Shown in pieces: positions 20,395-29,092 of a stretch of 64,000 bases of DNA. The notes beneath the pieces are model-generated. The model was not told the origin of the DNA and searched no databases. It saw only the letters and a program-made list of their open reading frames with translations. The position numbers were made by a program, and so were the translations under genes. The stretch lies in contig JANRKS010000036.1 of assembly GCA_033763315.1 (NCBI GenBank), positions 12,912 through 76,911 of the forward strand, in the 5' to 3' direction. Source of the stretch: Deltaproteobacteria bacterium (lineage in GTDB: Bacteria > Myxococcota_A > Polyangia > Fen-1088). How positions within the stretch are numbered: position 1 is the first letter of the stretch; the number at the start of each line of letters is the position of its first letter.

Positions 20395-21414
20395 GTGACC
20401 GCGCCCGTGCCCGCCGCGCCCGAGGCCTCGCAAGGAACTTTGTTCCGACGAGTGCTGCTGGGTGTCGTTGCGGGCATGGCCGTTTATGTGGGTTTCGCGC
20501 TGTGGGCCGACGCGCGCAAAGTGGGGGCCGCCTTGGGCCGCTACGCGTGGTGGACGGCCGCGGTGGGGCTCGTGCTGGCGGCGCTCAACTACGCGCTTCG
20601 TTTCGTGCGTTGGGAGCTTTACTTGCGTCGCCTGCGCTTGCACGTGCCGCGCACTGAAAGCCTGCTGGTGTTCTTGTCTGGTTTTGCGCTCACAGTGACG
20701 CCCGGGAAGCTGGGTGAAGCCATGAAATCACTGCTGCTGCGGCAAAGCCATGGCATGCCGGTGGCGCGCACGGCGCCGATTGTGCTTGTCGAACGCCTCA
20801 CCGATTTGGCGGGCTTGCTGTTGCTGGCGGCGGTTGGCGCGTTTTCGTTTCCTGTAGATCGGCGCTTCTTGGTGGCCGGTGCGGCGGTCGTCATGGTGGG
20901 TTTGTTGTTCGCTTCGGTGGAATCATTGGCCAACCCGGCGATTGCGCTTTCGGGCAAAATCCCCGGCCTGCGGCGCATGGCTGGTTCACTGCACGAAGCG
21001 CACGCCAGCGCGGCCACCCTCCTTAAGCCTGGGCCCCTGGTGGCCGCCACTTTGTTAGCCGCCGTGGCTTGGGCCTGCGAATGCGCGGCGTTTTGGCTCA
21101 TCGTCAAAGGGTTCGCCGGTGCACAGCTGGGCCTGCAGGCAGGTACGTTCATTTACGCCGCCATGACAATCGCCGGCGCGCTCTCTTTCTTGCCCGGCGG
21201 CCTGGGCGTCACCGAAGCGGGCATGTTGGCGTTGCTTGTGCGGTTTGGCACCGGCATCGATGATGGCGCTGCCACCGCGGCCACGATCCTCACACGTATG
21301 GTCACGCTGTGGTTTGCGGTCATCGTGGGATTAGGAGCGTTGGTGCTTTACGCTCGCCACCGTCGCGTCCATCATGGCGCGCGGCTTTCGCAACGTGACA
21401 CGTCCGTCGCTTGA
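20395..21414 (+). CDS. Lysylphosphatidylglycerol synthase TM / flippase-like membrane protein (UPF0104)
   Basis: TPGKLGEAMK, ERLTDL, PGGLGVTEAG, multiple TM segments. Confidence 0.85.
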   Translation: MTAPVPAAPEASQGTLFRRVLLGVVAGMAVYVGFALWADARKVGAALGRYAWWTAAVGLVLAALNYALRFVRWELYLRRLRLHVPRTESLLVFLSGFALTVTPGKLGEAMKSLLLRQSHGMPVARTAPIVLVERLTDLAGLLLLAAVGAFSFPVDRRFLVAGAAVVMVGLLFASVESLANPAIALSGKIPGLRRMAGSLHEAHASAATLLKPGPLVAATLLAAVAWACECAAFWLIVKGFAGAQLGLQAGTFIYAAMTIAGALSFLPGGLGVTEAGMLALLVRFGTGIDDGAATAATILTRMVTLWFAVIVGLGALVLYARHRRVHHGARLSQRDTSVA

Positions 21415-21490
21415 TTTGCCGGAGCGCTTGATGCAGCCTGCGGTTGCTCTCGATCCCCACGGCAGGGCTTAAACGCCGCCTCTTTGCAAC

Positions 21491-23317
21491 GTGCGCACGA
21501 AACTCTTTATCGTCTTCGCCAGCATCATCCTGCTCAGTGCGGCGATGGCGAATCGTTTTTTGAACAATACGGTACGTCGAACGGCACAAGCAAACGTCGA
21601 CCGTGCGCTCCGCGCGTCGGCCCGCACGTTCGCGCATTTGGCTGCCTCCGTGCCTGAGGAGGCCTGGGCCCAAGAGCTGACGCCACAGCTGCGATCAAAT
21701 GAGGCCGAAGACATCGTCATGACCTTGTTTGATCGCACGGGCAAGCGGGTGACCGGCGTCGATCTGTGGGAACCCAAGCCTGATGAAGTGCCGGCGCGTG
21801 AGCTGCGTATGGCTCTGACCGGCAAGGAAAGCTTTAGCCGATCGTTTCTCTTGCCCTCCACCGACCCCTACTTGGTGGCGTTTGTGCCCGTGCGCCGGCG
21901 CGGTGACACGGTGGGCGCCGTGCGTGCCAGCATTAACCATGGACCCACCGAACGAACGCTGGTCGAGGCGCGCACATCGTTGGCGTGGGGCGTGCTGTTT
22001 CTCTTGATTGTTGCCGCCGTGTGCTCGTGGATTGGGCCCCGGCTGTTCTCGGGGGCGATATCTGATCTCATGAGTACGGCCACCCGGATGGCCAAAGGCG
22101 ATTTGCAAATTCGCAGCGTGTTCAACCCGCGCGATCCGTTGGCCCCTTTGGCGCAAGCGTTGGACCTGCTGGCCAGCAACCTTGCCAAATCGCTGGACGC
22201 GCTCAAAGCGGAACGCGATCTGGTGGGCCGCATCCTCGAGCGAATGGAGGAAGGGGTGTTGGTGCTGACGCCCGACCGTCAGATCACGCTCATCAACCCA
22301 GCATTGAGGGACGTTTTGCTGCCCAAGCCCTCCTTGGGCAATAGCGGCAACGCCAGGAACACGCGCGAGGATGTGTTCGACGTGCGAGGCCGGACGCTGA
22401 TGGAAGTGTTCCGCCACGCCGAACTGGCCACGCTTTTGGATCGATCCAAGAACGACGAGCGTGTGCGCGCCGAGATCGAAGTGGAGGGTCTGCGCCCGCG
22501 ACGCCTCATGGTCACCAGCACCCGCTTCCGTGAGGGCGGGTATTTGGTTGTGTTTGTCGATGTCACCGACATCCGCAAACTGGAAAGCCTGCGACGGGAC
22601 TTCGTTGCAAACGTGTCGCATGAGCTGCGCACCCCTGTGGCCTCCATCCGCTCGGCAAGCGAGACACTGCCGATGGCGATCAGCAGCGGCGATCCGAGCG
22701 CCGCCCTGCGATTCGTAGATATCATCGAACGCAACGCCGAACGGCTGCAAAGCCTCGTGGAAGATCTGTTGGACCTATCGAAGATTGAAGCGAAAGAATA
22801 CCGCCTGGCCATTGAGTCGCTCTCCGTGCCACGCATGATCTCGCATATTTTTGGCCTGTTTCGTGATCGAGCCGAGCGGCGCAAGATCAGCCTCGTGGCA
22901 TCGGCGGAACACAACCTGCCCGCTTTGCAAACCGATCGCCGGGCGCTTGAAACCGTGCTGTCGAACCTGGTGGACAACGCGGTCAAATACTGCCCAGATG
23001 GCGCCCGTATCTGCGTTAACGCCCGCGTCCAGAATGAGGCCATGATCATCGAAGTTGAGGATTCAGGGCACGGCATCGAAAGCCAGCATTTGCCTCGGTT
23101 GTTCGAGCGGTTCTACCGCGTGGACGCGGGCCGATCCCGCTCGAAAGGCGGCACCGGCCTAGGCCTGTCGATCGTAAAGCACCTCACCGAGGCGATGGGC
23201 GGCACCGCCACGGTGGCGAGCACGGTAGGCAAAGGCACCACCTTCACCATTCGCATCCCCCTGGTGCGCACCGACGCCAAACCTTCCTCCACGTCGATCG
23301 AGGACTCGTTCGGTTAG
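21491..23317 (+). CDS. phoR: PhoR-like sensor histidine kinase (HAMP-PAS-HisKA-HATPase)
   Basis: RRDFVANVSHELRTP, NLVDNAVKY, RLFERFYRVD, GGTGLGLSIVKH; adjacent to phoU. Confidence 0.85.
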   Translation: MRTKLFIVFASIILLSAAMANRFLNNTVRRTAQANVDRALRASARTFAHLAASVPEEAWAQELTPQLRSNEAEDIVMTLFDRTGKRVTGVDLWEPKPDEVPARELRMALTGKESFSRSFLLPSTDPYLVAFVPVRRRGDTVGAVRASINHGPTERTLVEARTSLAWGVLFLLIVAAVCSWIGPRLFSGAISDLMSTATRMAKGDLQIRSVFNPRDPLAPLAQALDLLASNLAKSLDALKAERDLVGRILERMEEGVLVLTPDRQITLINPALRDVLLPKPSLGNSGNARNTREDVFDVRGRTLMEVFRHAELATLLDRSKNDERVRAEIEVEGLRPRRLMVTSTRFREGGYLVVFVDVTDIRKLESLRRDFVANVSHELRTPVASIRSASETLPMAISSGDPSAALRFVDIIERNAERLQSLVEDLLDLSKIEAKEYRLAIESLSVPRMISHIFGLFRDRAERRKISLVASAEHNLPALQTDRRALETVLSNLVDNAVKYCPDGARICVNARVQNEAMIIEVEDSGHGIESQHLPRLFERFYRVDAGRSRSKGGTGLGLSIVKHLTEAMGGTATVASTVGKGTTFTIRIPLVRTDAKPSSTSIEDSFG

Positions 23318-23382
23318 CGGCGGGCGAGGCGCCGCGTGCAATTTCTTACAGCCAGCGGCGCGCCTGCGCTAAGATCGATGCT

Positions 23383-24075
23383 GTGAACCGAAGGCACACA
23401 AGCCGAGAATACGAGGACGAGCTTCAACAGCTGCGTGAGCACGTCCTGCTTATGGGTGCCAAGGTTGAGCAGCTAATCAAGAACGCCATTGAAGCGCTGC
23501 TCACCCGCAACACGGAACTGGCCAAGAAGATGATCCTGGCCGACCGCGAGGTCAACCGGCTGGAGTTGGCGATCGACGAGTTGTGCCTGCACATTCTGGC
23601 GCGGCGGCAGCCCGTGGCCTCCGATCTGCGTCTCATCACCATCACGATGAAGTTGGTGACCGATCTTGAACGCATCGGCGACTTGGGCGTGAACATCAGC
23701 GAGCGCGTGATTGAGCTTAATGAAGAGCCACCGCTCAAACCTTACGTCGATTTGCCCAAGATGGCGGAAATTGCCATGGGTATGGTGCACGACGCCCTTG
23801 ACGCCTTCGTGGCCAGCGACGACAGCCAGGCCGAAGACATCATCGCGCGCGACGAAACCGTGGATGCCTATTACCACCAGATCTTCCGCGAGCTTTTGAC
23901 CTACATGATGGAAGACGCGAAGAACATCGCGCGCGCCACGCGGTTGCAATCGATCGCCAAATACATTGAACGCATCGGGGATCACGCCACCAACTTGGCC
24001 GAGATGGTGATCTTCGCGGTCAAGGGCAAAGATCCGCGACACAAGGGCAGCCGCCCCACGGAAACCGAAACGTAA
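23383..24075 (+). CDS. phoU: Phosphate signalling protein PhoU
   Basis: ARRQPVASDLR, DLERIGD, IERIGDHATNLAE. Confidence 0.95.
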   Translation: MNRRHTSREYEDELQQLREHVLLMGAKVEQLIKNAIEALLTRNTELAKKMILADREVNRLELAIDELCLHILARRQPVASDLRLITITMKLVTDLERIGDLGVNISERVIELNEEPPLKPYVDLPKMAEIAMGMVHDALDAFVASDDSQAEDIIARDETVDAYYHQIFRELLTYMMEDAKNIARATRLQSIAKYIERIGDHATNLAEMVIFAVKGKDPRHKGSRPTETET

Positions 24076-24080
24076 GCGCC

Positions 24081-24536
24081 ATGCCTCTGCCGCGGCCTGC
24101 CCTAGACGCCATGGCTGCGAAGTATGAGGCCCTGATCGTGTTGCGGCGCACGCGCGATGGCGACGCCAACGCGAAGGTCTCCGCGGCCACGAAGCTTGAG
24201 TTGCGCCGCCTGTCGCAAGTGTTTCCGGGTTGCCTAAAGGAACTCGATCGGTGCTCACTGGCCGTGTTGACGCAGCGGCTGGAGGATGTACAGGCGGCGA
24301 AGCGCCATGCCCCAGCGCCCTGGCTAAAGTGGATGTGGCGGTACCATGAACTTTTGCGTGTCGCCCTGGACGCGAAGGGCGGGCGACCTCACGCAGCGCC
24401 GGGCCTCAGGGCCTTTTTGGCGGCATGCGAGGCGCCACCCCAGGGCCGCTTGGTGCCACTCGTTCTTGAGCAACTGGGGCACGAGACGCACACCCCCGTC
24501 GCGGTTTTGCAAGACGCGCTATTTCCGCCGCGCTAA
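24081..24536 (+). CDS. Hypothetical protein
   Basis: 151 aa ORF 5 nt after phoU stop (FPGCLKELD, WMWRYH). Confidence 0.65.
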   Translation: MPLPRPALDAMAAKYEALIVLRRTRDGDANAKVSAATKLELRRLSQVFPGCLKELDRCSLAVLTQRLEDVQAAKRHAPAPWLKWMWRYHELLRVALDAKGGRPHAAPGLRAFLAACEAPPQGRLVPLVLEQLGHETHTPVAVLQDALFPPR

Positions 24537-25342
24537 TTGCCAAACGCGATGTCATCCACATAAAGAGTGAACGAACACGCGGCGCTGCCACAGCCCGCAA
24601 GGCCAATCAAAATCTCGGTGACGTTGCTGCTGTTGGGGGTTCCCATGATGTCGGCCACAGGAATCACCACTTGCTGCCAGCCGCCTTTGAGGCCCGTCTT
24701 GTTGTAGGTGATCGAATTGACGCCTCGGCCACCGCCGGGGGCCGCATAGTTACCCCCCACTTTGATCGTGACCAAAGCATTCCCCGGCGCCGTTTTTCCG
24801 GGTTGCGGGACCATGTTCACCCAGAAGCCAAGCTTCTTGTATTTGTTGGCCGGCGTGGCCGCGATCCCCCAGCCGAACTCAGCGTAATTAATGTTTGCCA
24901 TTGTGAACGCGATGACGTGCTTCGGTGAGAATGCCATTGCGTCGGAATAGGTCAGGGTGGTTTTGCCTTCTTGTCCGCGGCCCATCCAATGCGTGCCGCC
25001 GCCGTTGCCAACGCCGTCGCCGTTCCAAACGATCTTTTCATCCGCCAACGAAGACATGCCGACAGCGGCCTTGGCATCTGACGGCTGTGCGTCGACGCCC
25101 GGCTTCGCGGCGTCGGGCGGCCTTGCCCCGTCGGCCCCAGGTTGCACGCCCGCATCAGCAGAAGCGCCACCACCTGCGCCCCCCACTTCCTCGCCGCCTG
25201 TGCCCCCCGATGACTCGCCGCCTGTGCCGCCAGAGGCCTCATCAGAGCTGGCCTGCTCGCCTTGGCCGGCGGCACCACCGCAAGCCACAAGTGCCAAAGA
25301 AAAACAAAACACAACAAGCGAACAGATGCGTCCCTGAACCAC
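24533..25342 (-). CDS. Lipoprotein with Gly-rich linker and carbohydrate-binding-module-like C-terminal domain
   Basis: Lipobox LVAC; GWQQVVIPVAD and TLYVDDIAF resemble jelly-roll CBMs. Confidence 0.7.
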   Translation of the reverse strand: MVQGRICSLVVFCFSLALVACGGAAGQGEQASSDEASGGTGGESSGGTGGEEVGGAGGGASADAGVQPGADGARPPDAAKPGVDAQPSDAKAAVGMSSLADEKIVWNGDGVGNGGGTHWMGRGQEGKTTLTYSDAMAFSPKHVIAFTMANINYAEFGWGIAATPANKYKKLGFWVNMVPQPGKTAPGNALVTIKVGGNYAAPGGGRGVNSITYNKTGLKGGWQQVVIPVADIMGTPNSSNVTEILIGLAGCGSAACSFTLYVDDIAFGN

Positions 25343-25416
25343 GTGGGTGCTCCTGCTGAGGTTTCGGCGCCGCCCCCCTTCGTCCCCCTCCCGCCAGTCT
25401 CCAAGGATAGCCCAGA

Positions 25417-25459
25417 TGCAACAAAGGCAACAGGTGAAGTGCCCGTTGCCTTTGTTGCA
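25417..25459. repeat. Perfect 15-bp inverted repeat (stem-loop) downstream of glgP
   Basis: TGCAACAAAGGCAAC-N13-GTTGCCTTTGTTGCA. Confidence 0.9.
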
Positions 25460-25492
25460 GCGCCAAAGCGCCGCATTCCTGACGCCGCTGTT

Positions 25493-27646
25493 TTACTTAG
25501 GCATCACGCAGCTGTCAGTGCAAGCGGCCGGCAAATAGCACTCCGTGGTGTAGTCCTTGACCATACGATCGGTGTTGAAGCGCCAGCCCATCGTCTTGAA
25601 GGCGCGCTTCATACGACGCACCCAAGCGCGAGGGATGCCGTCACTGTCACGATCAAAGAAGGTGGGGATCACCTGGTTCTCCAGCACGTCATACAGCGAC
25701 AAAGCGTCGCGCCGATCTTGCTCTTCTTGCGACACGTGCGTGCGACCGTTGCCGATCGCAAAGCCGTTTTCGCCGTCCCACGCCTCGGCCCACCACCCGT
25801 CGAGGATGGAAAGGTTGAGGCCACCATTGAGCAACACTTTTTGCCCGCTCGTGCCGCTGGCTTCCAAGGGTCGACGCGGGTTGTTCAGCCACACATCCAC
25901 GCCCTGCACCAAGTGGCGCGCCACATTGATGTCGTAATCTTCCACGAACACCACTTTGCCCAGCAAATCAGGGCGCAGCGATGATTGGTAAACCTCGCGC
26001 AGCACGGCTTGGCCCGGCTTGTCAGCCGGGTGCGCCTTGCCGGCAAACACGAATTGCACGGGGCGCTTCGCATCGCCCATGATGCGCAACACGCGATCGA
26101 TGTCGCTGAAGATCAAGTTGCCGCGTTTGTATGTGGCAAAGCGCCGCGCAAAACCGATGGTGAGCGCGTGTGGATCCAAGGCGGATTCGGCCGCCCTGGT
26201 TAACTCAGGATCGAGGCCCACGCGGCTGCGGTGCTCGCCCACTTCACGGCGGGCAAACCGCACCAAGGACGCACGCAAAATACGGTGCACTTCCCACAGC
26301 TCGGCGTCATCCACTTCATCCATGCGCGCCCACAGATCTGGATTGGTGATGTTCTCCATCCAGTCGCGGCCGAGGTACTTACGGAACAGCTCCTGCATCG
26401 CCGGCGCCACCCAGGTGCGCAGGTGAACGCCGTTCGTGATGTGCCCCACGGGAACTTCGTCTTCACGGTGGTGCGGCCACAGCACTTGCCATGCCTTGCG
26501 GGTCACGCGGCCATGCAAGGCCGAAACGCCGTTCGCCCAACGCGACATCTTGAATGCCAGCACGGTCATGCAGAACATTTCGTTTTCGTCGCGTGGCTCA
26601 ATGCGGCCGAGGCCCAGGAATTCATTGCGGCCCAAGCCCAAAGACCGACGCAGGGGCTCAAGGTGAGCGTCGGCCAATTCGGGCGAGAACCGATCGTGGC
26701 CAGCGGCCACCGGTGTGTGCGTGGTGAACACGGTTGATTGCGCCACCTCTTGCGCCGCATCGGCGAAGCTGGCGCCCGTATCTTCCATAATCGAGCGCGT
26801 GTATTCCAAAGTGGCAAAGGCGCTGTGGCCCTCGTTCAGGTGCATGATCGAGAAGTCGATGCCAGCGGCGCGGAGGGCACGCACGCCGCCCACGCCCAGC
26901 AATAGCTCTTGCCGAATGCGCACGCGTGAGTCGCCAAAGTAAAGCCGGGCGGCCAAGGCCCGATCTTCGGGCGAATTGCGTTCAACATCGGTGTCCAACA
27001 GCAGCAAGCGCGCGCGACCGATGTTGGCTTGCCACACCTGCGCGTGCAGCACGGAGTGATCCATCGGCACTTCGATGATGAGCGGGTTGCCATGCCGGTC
27101 CAGCAAGGGAGATGCCGGCACGCGGTCAAGCTGGGCCCGGTTATATTCCGCGTGCTGCTGCCCCGACTCGTCGATCAGCTGACGAAAATACGATTCACGG
27201 TAAAACAGACCCACACCCACAAGTGAGAGCCCCAGATCGGACGCCGTTTTGATGTGGTCGCCGGCCAGAATGCCCAAGCCGCCGCTATAGATGGGCAGCG
27301 ATTCATGAATGCCGAACTCCGCCGAGAAGTAGGCCACGGGCCGCACCTTCAAAGGGGCCGCATGTGTGCCCGCCCACGTCGTAGCGTCGGGCGAGAGATA
27401 GGCACGAAACTCGCGGTGAACCTTATCGATGCGGGCACGCAACACGGGGTCTTCGGACACGCGAGCCAACTGCCCGGGAACGACCGTTTGATAGACAGCC
27501 AAAGCGCTGTGGTTTGAATCGTGGAAAACGTCGGGGGCTAAATCACGAAATAAGCGGATGGCGTCTGGGTTCCAGGACCACCAAAGGTTCGACGCTAAGT
27601 CACGGATCTGCTCGCCAAGCTGTTCAGGAGTACGTGTTGTGGACAT
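25493..27646 (-). CDS. glgP: Alpha-glucan phosphorylase
   Basis: YSGGLGILAGDH, HLNEGH, FARRFATYKR, EASGTSGQK (PLP lysine). Confidence 0.95.
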   Translation of the reverse strand: MSTTRTPEQLGEQIRDLASNLWWSWNPDAIRLFRDLAPDVFHDSNHSALAVYQTVVPGQLARVSEDPVLRARIDKVHREFRAYLSPDATTWAGTHAAPLKVRPVAYFSAEFGIHESLPIYSGGLGILAGDHIKTASDLGLSLVGVGLFYRESYFRQLIDESGQQHAEYNRAQLDRVPASPLLDRHGNPLIIEVPMDHSVLHAQVWQANIGRARLLLLDTDVERNSPEDRALAARLYFGDSRVRIRQELLLGVGGVRALRAAGIDFSIMHLNEGHSAFATLEYTRSIMEDTGASFADAAQEVAQSTVFTTHTPVAAGHDRFSPELADAHLEPLRRSLGLGRNEFLGLGRIEPRDENEMFCMTVLAFKMSRWANGVSALHGRVTRKAWQVLWPHHREDEVPVGHITNGVHLRTWVAPAMQELFRKYLGRDWMENITNPDLWARMDEVDDAELWEVHRILRASLVRFARREVGEHRSRVGLDPELTRAAESALDPHALTIGFARRFATYKRGNLIFSDIDRVLRIMGDAKRPVQFVFAGKAHPADKPGQAVLREVYQSSLRPDLLGKVVFVEDYDINVARHLVQGVDVWLNNPRRPLEASGTSGQKVLLNGGLNLSILDGWWAEAWDGENGFAIGNGRTHVSQEEQDRRDALSLYDVLENQVIPTFFDRDSDGIPRAWVRRMKRAFKTMGWRFNTDRMVKDYTTECYLPAACTDSCVMPK

Positions 27647-27780
27647 TACCCCGGCAGTAAACCACGACCACCCAAATCCGAAACAAGAAAAAATTGCAGC
27701 CTCGGAAGCTTTTTTGAGCGTTTTTTGGCGGCACTTTCGCCAGAGTTTTTCCGGACCTGGACTATACTGCTGACCAGTTC

Positions 27781-29040
27781 ATGCCTCATCAACCGAGACT
27801 CCTCGCCTTGATCATGGCCGGCGGCAAAGGCTCCCGGCTTTTTCCCCTGACGCGGGATCGCGCCAAGCCTGCCGTTCCGTTCGGCGGCCGCTACCGAATC
27901 ATCGACTTCGTTCTGTCGAACATGGTGAATTCGGGCATCCGTTCGGTCTATGTGCTGACCCAGTACAAAGCGCAGTCGCTGGTCGAACACGTGCAACGTG
28001 CCTGGGGCTCGCGCAACAGCCATTCCGATTTCGTAACCGTGGTGCCGGCCCAGATGCGTATGGGCGAATCTTGGTACCGCGGCACCGCCGATTCAGTGTT
28101 TCAGAACTTTCACATGGTGGAAGATTGCAAGCCAGACCTGCTGTTGGTCTTCGGTGCGGATCACATCTACAAAATGAACGTCCGACAGATGGTCGACTTT
28201 CATCGCGAACGAGATGCCTTGGCCACTGTGGCGTGCATCCCCGTGGCTGTGGAGGAAGCGTCTCAGTTCGGCATCATGGAAGTCGATAGCCAAGGCCGCA
28301 TCATAGGCTTTGAGGAAAAGCCGCAATCAAACCCCAAGACGATTCCAGGCGATCCCACCCGGTGCTTGGCCTCGATGGGCAACTACATTTTTCACCCCGA
28401 AGCCTTGGCCGAAGCCTTGCTGGCAGACGCACGCCGCGAGTCGCGCCACGACTTCGGCCACGACGTGATCCCGGTGTTTCAAGAAACCGGCCGCGCGTAC
28501 GCCTATAATTTTTACGAAAACCGCATCCCTGGCGCCAAGTCGACCGAAGAAAACATCTACTGGCGCGACGTCGGCACCATCGACGCCTACTACGAAGCGG
28601 CGCTGGATTTGAAAAACGTGGTCCCCGCTTTGAACCTTTACGGGTGGGAGTGGCCGATCATGACGGCCAGCTATTCAGACCCGCCGCTCAAAATGGTGTT
28701 CGACGATCCAGGCCGGCGCGGCACGGTTTTGCAATCAACGGTGGCTGGTGGTTGCATCATCGCCGGTGGTTTCGTCAAGGATTCGGTCTTGGGCCGAAAC
28801 GTGTTCGTTGACGAAGGCGCCGAGGTTCGCGATTCGGTCATCTTCGATAACGTCTACATAGGCAAAGGCGCCCGCATTCAGCGCGCCATTATCGACAAAA
28901 ACGTGCGGGTGGCCGAAGGCGATCTCATCGGCCACGACCTGGCCCGCGATGCCCTCCGGCACGTGGTCAGCGAAGGCGGCGTCACGGTGGTGGCCAAAGC
29001 CCGCGACACTTTGACAACCCGTCTGCGCGACTACGGCTAA
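27781..29040 (+). CDS. glgC: Glucose-1-phosphate adenylyltransferase
   Basis: AGGKGSRL, RAKPAVPFGGRYRIIDF, DHIYKM, YWRDVGT. Confidence 0.96.
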   Translation: MPHQPRLLALIMAGGKGSRLFPLTRDRAKPAVPFGGRYRIIDFVLSNMVNSGIRSVYVLTQYKAQSLVEHVQRAWGSRNSHSDFVTVVPAQMRMGESWYRGTADSVFQNFHMVEDCKPDLLLVFGADHIYKMNVRQMVDFHRERDALATVACIPVAVEEASQFGIMEVDSQGRIIGFEEKPQSNPKTIPGDPTRCLASMGNYIFHPEALAEALLADARRESRHDFGHDVIPVFQETGRAYAYNFYENRIPGAKSTEENIYWRDVGTIDAYYEAALDLKNVVPALNLYGWEWPIMTASYSDPPLKMVFDDPGRRGTVLQSTVAGGCIIAGGFVKDSVLGRNVFVDEGAEVRDSVIFDNVYIGKGARIQRAIIDKNVRVAEGDLIGHDLARDALRHVVSEGGVTVVAKARDTLTTRLRDYG

Positions 29041-29092
29041 ACGGCATCCACCCGAAGCAACGTTGAGGTGGTAAGTATGCGCAGAGCGTTCC

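Noticed and set aside
21695-22750. 351-aa antisense ORF
   Set aside because: Shadow of phoR
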